Positions 1-6,309 of a stretch of DNA of 42,317 bases are shown in pieces (the stretch's first letter is position 1; the number at the start of each line of letters is the position of its first letter). The stretch lies in the IMG/VR virus record IMGVR_UViG_3300045597_000107, positions 1 through 42,317 of that record. One strand, written 5' to 3'. A program made the position numbers and the translations under genes. The DNA comes from a virus. The notes beneath the pieces are model-generated. The model saw only the letters and a list, made by a program, of their open reading frames with translations, did not search any database and was not told where the DNA came from.

Positions 1-127
1 AGTAGCATTCCGTATCCCAAGCGACCAGGCTCAGGGCTCTCAACGACTCGTCCTCGTCCATCGGCTTTCAATGGATAAACGAATCGGGCAAGACGATGCT
101 CTACGTCCTCGTCGGGAACGTGAGAAT
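1..127. repeat. Terminal direct repeat: 1-127 is identical to 42191-42317 (circular genome / assembly overlap)
   Basis: Read base by base: agtagcattccgtatcccaagcgacc...gggaacgtgagaat occurs at both window ends. The window ends exactly where the copy ends. Confidence 0.95.
5..18 (+). repeat. Crossover site R1 (GCATTCCGTATCCC); same copy as 42195-42208
   Basis: 14-nt sequence shared with 159-172, 285-298, 486-499, 675-688 (+) and 1199-1212 (-). It follows the tail-fibre stop codon tag (3-5 = 42193-42195) directly. Confidence 0.9.
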
Positions 128-158
128 CTGGGGTGTAGAGGGAACGTTTCCCGCGTGA
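19..158 (+). other. Silent tail-fibre C-terminal cassette C1 (46 codons, no own start)
   Basis: Read in the site phase cat-tcc-gta-tcc-Caa, it gives QATRLRALNDSSSSIGFQWINESGKTMLYVLVGNVRIWGVEGTFPA. The stop tga at 156-158 lies 0 nt before site R2. Confidence 0.8.
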
Positions 159-172
159 GCATTCCGTATCCC
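159..172 (+). repeat. Crossover site R2 (GCATTCCGTATCCC)
   Basis: Exact 14-nt copy, or 15 nt with the preceding A. Confidence 0.9.
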
Positions 173-285
173 AGGTGAGCTACAACGGCAGAATCTCGTT
201 CTCTTGGACCAGCCCCGGAAGCGACCAGACGGCGGGGCTGTGGGCGACCGTGGACGAGAGCGAGTTCCTTCTGATGGCTCTTTAG
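173..285 (+). other. Silent tail-fibre C-terminal cassette C2 (37 codons)
   Basis: In phase with the site: QVSYNGRISFSWTSPGSDQTAGLWATVDESEFLLMAL. The stop tag at 283-285 overlaps the first base of R3. Confidence 0.8.
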
Positions 286-298
286 CATTCCGTATCCC
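285..298 (+). repeat. Crossover site R3 (GCATTCCGTATCCC)
   Basis: Exact 14-nt copy. Confidence 0.9.
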
Positions 299-483
299 AA
301 AGGGTTCCGCTGTCGGGCATCGACGCGAGGGTCTACCTCCCGGGCAACACCGGCATCGAGATGGGCATAGGCTTCACGGCGCGCGACGGCTCGAAGTGCG
401 CCGTCTACTTCTGGGGAGCGGGCTCAGACAAGCACGTGAGCATCTGGGACGTCACTCATTCCAAGGACCTGTGGTCCATCTAG
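299..483 (+). other. Silent tail-fibre C-terminal cassette C3 (61 codons)
   Basis: In phase: QRVPLSGIDARVYLPGNTGIEMGIGFTARDGSKCAVYFWGAGSDKHVSIWDVTHSKDLWSI. The stop tag at 481-483 lies 2 nt before R4. Confidence 0.8.
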
Positions 484-485
484 CA

Positions 486-499
486 GCATTCCGTATCCC
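486..499 (+). repeat. Crossover site R4 (GCATTCCGTATCCC)
   Basis: Exact 14-nt copy. Confidence 0.9.
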
Positions 500-675
500 G
501 CGTCCTCCCGCCCGCGAGGCTCCCCAAGGCGTACCTCGACGCTCTGTCGGGCGACTACCTGATGGTCAGGTTCTTCGTCAGCGACACCGACGAGTACCGG
601 CTGGAGATAGAGCCAAGCGGCATCTCCTACATACACTATCTGAACAACGTGGGAGCTCTCATCTGGAAGAAGTAG
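500..675 (+). other. Silent tail-fibre C-terminal cassette C4 (58 codons), paralogous to the expressed tip
   Basis: In phase: RVLPPARLPKAYLDALSGDYLMVRFFVSDTDEYRLEIEPSGISYIHYLNNVGALIWKK, stop tag at 673-675. It has the same length as the expressed tip and aligns colinearly with it (...YQLQI...HYVNN...IWSK). Confidence 0.85.
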
Positions 676-688
676 CATTCCGTATCCC
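675..688 (+). repeat. Crossover site R5 (GCATTCCGTATCCC)
   Basis: Exact 14-nt copy. Its first base is the last base of the C4 stop codon. Confidence 0.9.
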
Positions 689-954
689 GGGACACGCTCG
701 TCGACGCCAACGGTCTCAGAGTCTGGCGCTTCGGACCCGTCGTGACCATGAGCCTGTCAGGCTATGCGGTGGCGACATCAGACAGGACGAGCATATACAC
801 CCTCCCCGCCGGATGGCGCCCGATGGCGATTGTCTCAGAGACCACCGGGGACTCCGACGGGAAGCGGCGGCTCATGGTGTCCGCGAACGGGATAATCAAC
901 GTCGAGGGCGGCACCGCCTACTACGGGGGCCTAACCTTCGTGGCGACTGGCTAG
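689..954 (+). other. Silent tail-fibre C-terminal cassette C5 (88 codons)
   Basis: In phase: RDTLVDANGLRVWRFGPVVTMSLSGYAVATSDRTSIYTLPAGWRPMAIVSETTGDSDGKRRLMVSANGIINVEGGTAYYGGLTFVATG, stop tag at 952-954. It contains track ORF 742..954. Confidence 0.8.
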
Positions 955-1198
955 GCGAGCGCGAGCGACACCCACGCGGTCCAGGAGCCGTCGTTGGATG
1001 TGAGCGACCTCACCCAGACCCTGGACCTTGCGTCGAGCGTGTAGTTCGATATGGCCAGCTGCTCGACGTAGTCGCGGCTCGCGACCACGAGGACGACGCC
1101 CCAGACAGCCGCCGGGGCGTTCGTGGTCGTGTCGTAGAAGATGTAGCACCCGAAGCCCCTCGCGTCGTTCAGGTCGTCGACGGAGCCGTTGTCGAGCT
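951..1198 (-). other. Silent tail-fibre C-terminal cassette C6 (82 codons), the only inverted one
   Basis: The minus strand read from site R6 gives QLDNGSVDDLNDARGFGCYIFYDTTTNAPAAVWGVVLVVASRDYVEQLAISNYTLDARSRVWVRSLTSNDGSWTAWVSLALA. The stop is the complement of 951-953. This is the C-terminal tail of the spurious track ORF 951..1991. Confidence 0.8.
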
Positions 1199-1212
1199 GG
1201 GATACGGAATGC
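1199..1212 (-). repeat. Crossover site R6 (GCATTCCGTATCCC on the minus strand), the only inverted copy
   Basis: Plus strand reads gggatacggaatgc. The site lies 1 nt from the recombinase stop codon (complement of 1214-1216). Confidence 0.9.
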
Positions 1213-1213
1213 C

Positions 1214-2083
1214 CTACGACGCCGTCATGGCCCCCTCGTAGGCCCTCGTGGCGCGCCTCACCACCGTGCCGAACCCCATGAGGTAGTGCCTCCTGGCGGT
1301 GTCGATGGTGGTGTGGCCCAGCGCCACGGAGATGTCCTCGATCGCGCAGCCCGCGTCCAGGGAGATGGTGGCCCACGAGTGCCTCAGCTCCGTCATGGAC
1401 ACCCACGGCAGGCCGTGGGCGCGGCAGAAGCGGCGGAACCCCGCCGCCACCCGGTGCGGGGCGAGCGCGCAGACCCTGCCCGAGCGGCGGCACCCGCGCA
1501 GCCGCCTGAGCCTCGCCAGGGCGAAGCGCGGCAGGCGCAGCGTGCGCCTCGACAGCCTCGTCTTGCACGGCAGCTCGCGCTCCTCGCCGCCGACCCAGTG
1601 CAGCCCCCGGCGCACGCGGACGTCGCCCGTGCGCCAGTCGACGTCCTCCCACCTCACGCCGCACGCCTCGCAGCGCCTGAGGCCCAGGGCCGCCCCCAGC
1701 AGGACCGTCGCCTCCCACGGCTGGCCGGCGATGCCCCTGAGCGTCTCGCGCTCCTGGGAGGCGGTGAGCGTGCGCCTCTCGGGGCTCTCGCGGCGGGGCA
1801 GCTCCACCCCCTGCGTGGGGTCCCACAGCCTCAGCTGGTGTCGGCGCAGGGTCCAGCGCACGACCTGCCGGAGCGTCTTGTACGCCTTCTCCGCCGCCCC
1901 GGGGGTGGGTATGGAGTCCACCCACGACTGGACGCCCTCGCAGGTCACCTCGGCCACGTCGACCTCCCCCCAGCGCGGCAGGACGTGGCACCTGAGGGCC
2001 GAGCGGTAGCCCTCTATCGTCTCGGGGCTGAGCCTCCTCTCCTTGTCGGCCATGTACTCTTCGGCGGCCTCATTCAGGTTCAT
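1214..2083 (-). CDS. Tyrosine site-specific recombinase, candidate shufflon (Rci-like) recombinase
   Basis: Track ORF 1214..2095. Tyrosine-recombinase boxes: GLRRCEACGVRWEDVD (Arg), ELRHSWATISL, ALGHTTIDTARRHYL (His..Tyr). I prefer the ATG at 2083 (MNLNEAAEEY) because a GGAG lies 6 nt upstream; the track start at 2095 is a TTG. Confidence 0.85.
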   Translation of the reverse strand: MNLNEAAEEYMADKERRLSPETIEGYRSALRCHVLPRWGEVDVAEVTCEGVQSWVDSIPTPGAAEKAYKTLRQVVRWTLRRHQLRLWDPTQGVELPRRESPERRTLTASQERETLRGIAGQPWEATVLLGAALGLRRCEACGVRWEDVDWRTGDVRVRRGLHWVGGEERELPCKTRLSRRTLRLPRFALARLRRLRGCRRSGRVCALAPHRVAAGFRRFCRAHGLPWVSMTELRHSWATISLDAGCAIEDISVALGHTTIDTARRHYLMGFGTVVRRATRAYEGAMTAS

Positions 2084-2256
2084 TCCGGGCTCCAATCTTC
2101 GGCTTTTCGCGGGACAAATCCCAGAGCATCGTGCGCCCTATTCGCAGCGTGCCGGTCCGGGATTTTCTCGCCGCACGGGCGCGGGGGACGAGGGGGCGAG
2201 CATGGGCTGGGGAGGTCTCACGCGCACGCGACAATCCATTGAAGGGAGGCGGTGCC

Positions 2257-2595
2257 ATGGACCAGCCGGACCACGAGGGGCGCATACACGAGCTCGAGTC
2301 GCACGTGGGCACGCTCGACGATCGCGTCACGACGCACGGCAGGCAGATAGACCAGATGCACGAGGTCCTGACGCGCATGTCCGTGCGGGCAGACCTGCGC
2401 GAGGAGAAGCTCACCGAGATAAGCGACTCCATCAGCCGGCTCGACGGCAAGGTCGACGCGCAGAGGCAGGACCTGCTCGCGCAGACGCAGGGCAAGGCGG
2501 CGGCGCTGTGGGACAAGGCCGTGTGGGCGGTGGTGTACCTGCTCATCGGCTTCGCGCTCAGGGCGGTGCTCGACGCGCTCACCAGGCCGATGTAG
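2257..2595 (+). CDS. XhlA-like lysis-associated membrane protein (coiled coil plus C-terminal TM)
   Basis: Internal ATG of track ORF 2131..2595, preceded by gaagggagg. Sequence MDQPDHEGRIHELESHV... ends in the hydrophobic stretch AVWAVVYLLIGFALRAVL. It lies directly upstream of the holin and endolysin. Confidence 0.6.
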   Translation: MDQPDHEGRIHELESHVGTLDDRVTTHGRQIDQMHEVLTRMSVRADLREEKLTEISDSISRLDGKVDAQRQDLLAQTQGKAAALWDKAVWAVVYLLIGFALRAVLDALTRPM

Positions 2596-2632
2596 GCAGG
2601 CGGAAGAACATACGGATGGAAGGGACAAGAGG

Positions 2633-2869
2633 ATGAAGACGGAACTCAGGCAGTGGGCCACGGCGGCCCTGGTGCGCGCGGGCAAGACGGCGGCGCAGGC
2701 CGCGGTCGCGGCGTTCGGCGCGGCCACGGTCATGGAAGATGTGGACTGGCGGGTGGTGGCGTCCACGGCCGCGCTCGCGGCAATCCTGTCTGTGCTCATG
2801 AGCGTCGCGGGCGTGCCCGAGGTGTCGGAGGGCGCGAGCGTGGTCAAGATCAGGAAGGAGGGGGAGTGA
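2633..2869 (+). CDS. Holin (small, two hydrophobic segments)
   Basis: 78 aa with hydrophobic segments AAQAAVAAFGAA and VVASTAALAAILSVLMSVAGV and a charged C-terminus. Position is immediately before the endolysin. Confidence 0.65.
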   Translation: MKTELRQWATAALVRAGKTAAQAAVAAFGAATVMEDVDWRVVASTAALAAILSVLMSVAGVPEVSEGASVVKIRKEGE

Positions 2870-2871
2870 GC

Positions 2872-2985
2872 ATGGACGAGGTCACGGAAGAGACAAAGGC
2901 GCTCGTGGAGGCGCAGGACACGCAGGACCCCGAGGACGTCGCGGAGCCGATGGACCCCGCGACGCTCGGGCAGGGGGGCGAGTAG
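2872..2985 (+). CDS. Small acidic hypothetical protein (37 aa)
   Basis: ATG at 2872 preceded by ggagggggag. It fills the gap between holin and endolysin (MDEVTEETKALVEAQD...). Support is positional only. Confidence 0.35.
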   Translation: MDEVTEETKALVEAQDTQDPEDVAEPMDPATLGQGGE

Positions 2986-2987
2986 AC

Positions 2988-3875
2988 ATGGCGGACACCG
3001 CATCGGACGTCCTGTCCGTCGCGCGCGCTGAGATGGGCTACAGCCGCTACGCCGACCCGGAGGCCGGCACCAAGTACGGCAGGTGGTACGCCGAGGGGCA
3101 CGGAAGCTACTACGGGAGCACCGGCGTCCCCTACTGCGCCATGTTCGTGAGCTGGGTCTTCGCGCAGGCCGGGGCCACGTGCGACGGCGTCCCGGAGGCC
3201 TACTGCCCGTACATAGTCCAGAAGGCCCGCGCGGCGGGCTCGCTGCTCTCGGACAAGACGAGGGCGCAGGCGGGCGACGTCGTCCTCTTCGACTGGGGCT
3301 CGGACGGCGTCGCGGACCACGTGGGCCTCGTGGAGCTGAACCTCGGCTCCTGCGTCCAGACGGTCGAGGGAAACGTGAGCGGCACCGTGGCCCGGCGCAC
3401 CCGCGCGTGGTCCGACGTCTGCGCGGTCGTGCGACCGTCCTACGGCGGCTCCGCCGGCGCGGGCACGGCGTCGGGCGGCTCCACCTCGTCCTCGCCCACG
3501 GGGGCAAAGCTGCTCATGGACTGCGACGCGGGAGTCAGGACGTTCGCCGAGTGGGCCACGCAGCTCGGCCTGTCCGGCTCCGACGCGGACGGCTACGTCA
3601 GCTACCAGTACGCGCCCAACAAGGCGTACATGCGCAGCGTCTCGGCGGCCATCTACAACTGGGTCAAGGGGACGAGCGGGAGCCCCACGGTCAAGGCGAT
3701 ACAGACCCGCATCGGTTCGGCTAACGTGGACGGCGTCTGGGGCGCGGCGGACAGCCGCCAGCTGCACACGTACATGAACAGCACGTGGGGCTACCACATG
3801 GTCGTGGACGACGACTTCGGCCCGATAACCGCCTACAACGTCCAGGACTCGCTCAACAAGGGGCTGTGGCGCTAG
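2988..3875 (+). CDS. Endolysin: N-terminal CHAP amidase/peptidase plus C-terminal peptidoglycan-binding-like repeats
   Basis: CHAP Cys/His context: VPYCAMFVSWVF and ADHVGLVE. C-terminal repeats resemble PG_binding_1 (VKAIQTRIGSANVDGVWG; VVDDDFGPITAYNVQ). Confidence 0.85.
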   Translation: MADTASDVLSVARAEMGYSRYADPEAGTKYGRWYAEGHGSYYGSTGVPYCAMFVSWVFAQAGATCDGVPEAYCPYIVQKARAAGSLLSDKTRAQAGDVVLFDWGSDGVADHVGLVELNLGSCVQTVEGNVSGTVARRTRAWSDVCAVVRPSYGGSAGAGTASGGSTSSSPTGAKLLMDCDAGVRTFAEWATQLGLSGSDADGYVSYQYAPNKAYMRSVSAAIYNWVKGTSGSPTVKAIQTRIGSANVDGVWGAADSRQLHTYMNSTWGYHMVVDDDFGPITAYNVQDSLNKGLWR

Positions 3876-3904
3876 ACCAGCCGCTAGACCAATCAGTCCG
3901 GACG

Positions 3905-3935
3905 CGCCCCCTCCAGTGCCGAATTGGAGGGGGCG
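3905..3935 (+). terminator. Rho-independent terminator after the lysis cassette
   Basis: cgccccctcca-gtgccgaat-tggagggggcg forms a perfect 11-bp GC-rich stem, followed by actttgtt. Confidence 0.7.
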
Positions 3936-3942
3936 ACTTTGT

Positions 3943-4132
3943 TAGAATACTGCTCGAAAAACCGTGACCCTAATTAGACCCAAGTTCATGTAGATGTGAG
4001 AGAACTGGGAAGATGAAAATGAATAACCACAGGTGAAATAAACCTGTTGAAGATGCGAGAGATAAGCCCTATACTCATACGTTATAGCTCAAATCATAAA
4101 ACCGCAGGTAGATGCATATGTATAGCGGTTTT
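3943..4132. other. AT-rich intergenic region, candidate attP
   Basis: Markedly AT-rich in a GC-rich genome and directly downstream of the integrase gene. Small dyads: acaggt/acctgt (4029-4047) and aaaaccgc/gcggtttt (4098-4132). No core sequence can be identified without the host attB. Confidence 0.3.
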
Positions 4133-5290
4133 CTATCCCAGATTGTCCCAACTGTCCGCGAACGGGTGCTCCTTGTAGTGCACGCTGGCCTCCCTCACGA
4201 AGTCATCCACGATGGGCCTGTCGTAGTGCTGCCCCGTGACGCCTCCCACCGAGTGCCCCATCATCCGCTCGATCGTGGAGGGCCCTATCCTGAGCGTCCA
4301 GCGCGCTATCGTCTCCCAGGACGCGCGCAGCGTCATGGGCGGCAGGTCCTTGAGTCCCACTGACTGCGCGGCCCTTGACACGGCCCTGCGATACCTCATC
4401 TGCTCTATCTGGCTGCCCGTCTCGTCACCGGAGAGCCACGTGTAGCCGTCTCTCACCCTCGTCTCGGCAATGCCGCCGAGCCTCATGGCCATGGGTCCGC
4501 ACACGACCACGGGGCGCCTGCTGAACCTGTTCTTGAGCGTCTCAGAGTACCCGTCGCCCCGGTTGTCCACCTGCCTCTTGATGGGGGCCACGAACACGGG
4601 CACTCCGCACTCGGAGACCCCGAAGCGACACTCCTGCGCCCAGACGCCCAGGGACTCTCCCACGCGACACGACCCGAAGGCAGACAGCAGAAAGGCCGGC
4701 TCTGACGGTAGGCCTCTCATCGCCTCCCACATGCGCCTCAGCTCGTCGGGCTTGTAGCAGTCAGTCGAACGGATGGTCTTCTTGCTATCTGGCATCTCAT
4801 AGGTAGCTCTCATTGGGTTCACCCGCATCTCCACCTCGTTGAACTCGGCGATTCTGTAGATTCTCTTCATCACGGTCCTGCACTGCTTGGCAGTCGACCC
4901 AGACTTCGTGAGCAGCCAGTCCTGCACGTCAGCGGCGCGAACGTCCGTGAGCGGGACGGCTCCCCATGCGGGCTCGACGTGGTTCTTCCACGTGCTGTCG
5001 AACTGCTTGCGGGCGTTGTCGCTCATCCTGCCGCCCGCCTGGCGCCTGTCGGCCCACGGGACCCACCACAGATCGTGCGCCTGGGACACGGTGGGGGTGG
5101 GCCCGTCCCTGGAGTGCTCGATGCGCCGGAGCGTCAGGACCTCGTCCGCCTCCCTGCGGGTGCCCCTCACGGTCTCGGTGCGCCTGCGATAGCCTCTGCC
5201 GTCGTGGAGGTCCGCCCAGTACCTGATGCGCCTCTTGCCGGGACCGGCGGAATCGTTCGACCCCCACGTGGACCTCTGCCGTCGTGGCAT
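4133..5290 (-). CDS. int: Tyrosine integrase (phage integrase family)
   Basis: 385 aa. N-terminal SAM-like region, then C-terminal catalytic boxes TLRASWETIARW and MMGHSVGGVTGQHYDRP. It has the classic position next to the lysogeny module. Confidence 0.9.
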   Translation of the reverse strand: MPRRQRSTWGSNDSAGPGKRRIRYWADLHDGRGYRRRTETVRGTRREADEVLTLRRIEHSRDGPTPTVSQAHDLWWVPWADRRQAGGRMSDNARKQFDSTWKNHVEPAWGAVPLTDVRAADVQDWLLTKSGSTAKQCRTVMKRIYRIAEFNEVEMRVNPMRATYEMPDSKKTIRSTDCYKPDELRRMWEAMRGLPSEPAFLLSAFGSCRVGESLGVWAQECRFGVSECGVPVFVAPIKRQVDNRGDGYSETLKNRFSRRPVVVCGPMAMRLGGIAETRVRDGYTWLSGDETGSQIEQMRYRRAVSRAAQSVGLKDLPPMTLRASWETIARWTLRIGPSTIERMMGHSVGGVTGQHYDRPIVDDFVREASVHYKEHPFADSWDNLG

Positions 5291-5381
5291 AATGGTCTTG
5301 CCTCCAATCGTCTGGTTGCTGGCATGGCCCCGTCCCCCTCGCCGCCAAGCATGTGGGAGCGGGGCCTAACGTTGTCTAAAA

Positions 5382-6170
5382 CTAATTGATCACGACGCTA
5401 TCAGCCAGCAGAGCGGGAAGGGATATGCTCGCTCCCAATGTTGACTTGTACGTGTAGAGCCCTAGGCAGGTCCCGTAGACGGTCACGCTGTCGTCCTCGA
5501 GGACGCGGGTCCCGCCGAGAATGGACGGGTCATACCCGACATAGACGATGTCGTCATACTCCCCGTCGGTCGCAATGCGCAGGTCCGTTTCGCTTGACCC
5601 CTCGATGACCTGCAACACCCGACCCGTGAACGCCAGCTGCTGACCCTTGTAGTCATCGGGGTTGCGAGCGACGGACTCGTAGTCGACCAACTCGTATTCA
5701 TCCGGATCAAACGGTCTTTCCACCAGCGCCGACATAGTGTTGACGAGCTCGTCATGAGCTGAGTTGACCTCGTCCTGCGTTGCTTCATCGTCGCCGTCGA
5801 CGCTGCGCGCGGAGTCGAGCGCCGCCTGAAATGCCGCCCAGCTGTCATCGGTGTAATCGTCCGCGCTAAGACCTGCAGCCTTGGTGATGCTGCTGCTAAG
5901 CGCTGACTTCGTCACCGGTATCACCACCTCCTCCGTATCAGGCTTTTCTTCTGACGTGGTGCTCTTCGTCGCTGTCATGCCTGCTTCAGGAGTCTTCGTG
6001 GTGGATGATAAGTTACCGCCCCCTGCGACGCCGGCAATTACGAGCACAACGATTGCGCCGACCACCGCCCACATCGCCCAGTGACGTTTCTTCGGGGCCT
6101 CCTGCGGTTCCTGCTCCTGCGTGGGGTCCTGCGGCGTCTCGATTTCGTCAGGGCTGTCGTTGTCTGCCAT
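5382..6170 (-). CDS. Membrane-anchored extracytoplasmic protein (moron / possible superinfection-exclusion candidate)
   Basis: Acidic N-terminus, one TM segment (WAMWAVVGAIVVLVIAGVAGG), a Thr/Ser-rich linker, a FIVAR-like helix (DDSWAAFQAALDSARSV...) and a beta-rich C-terminal domain. GC is lower than its neighbours, and it sits between int and the repressor. Confidence 0.6.
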   Translation of the reverse strand: MADNDSPDEIETPQDPTQEQEPQEAPKKRHWAMWAVVGAIVVLVIAGVAGGGNLSSTTKTPEAGMTATKSTTSEEKPDTEEVVIPVTKSALSSSITKAAGLSADDYTDDSWAAFQAALDSARSVDGDDEATQDEVNSAHDELVNTMSALVERPFDPDEYELVDYESVARNPDDYKGQQLAFTGRVLQVIEGSSETDLRIATDGEYDDIVYVGYDPSILGGTRVLEDDSVTVYGTCLGLYTYKSTLGASISLPALLADSVVIN

Positions 6171-6309
6171 CTTCTCCTCCGTCTTTTTCCTTGCTTATAG
6201 GAATCTGAATCCTACTACGCATACAACTTGGCTCCATATGCCGTTTCCGTCACTGGGTGTGATAGGTTCGCGGGCGTTCCCACCAAAATCAAATTCGTAA
6301 AGTTCGAGG

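Noticed and set aside
1-1212. The regularly recurring 14-nt repeat could be read as a CRISPR array
   Set aside because: The repeat is too short and non-palindromic. The spacers vary from 112 to 510 nt, are protein-coding in one fixed phase and end in stop codons. One copy is inverted and another lies inside the tail-fibre ORF. No cas genes are present.
2081-2090. cattccgggc at the recombinase start codon resembles the crossover core (cattccg)
   Set aside because: Only 7 nt match and the conserved tatccc half is missing, so it is probably coincidental. It would be worth a glance only if recombinant reads ever map here.
204-2242. Long track ORFs 204..1241(+), 951..1991(-) and 1028..2242(+)
   Set aside because: These are Arg/Pro/Gly-rich translations typical of off-frame reading in GC-rich DNA. 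They run across the site/cassette boundaries or antisense to the recombinase gene, which has clear catalytic motifs. The same applies to 2218..3507(-), 2850..3797(-), 16591..17436(-), 18608..20188(-), 29238..30407(-), 31693..33042(-), 38457..39683(-) and similar ORFs.
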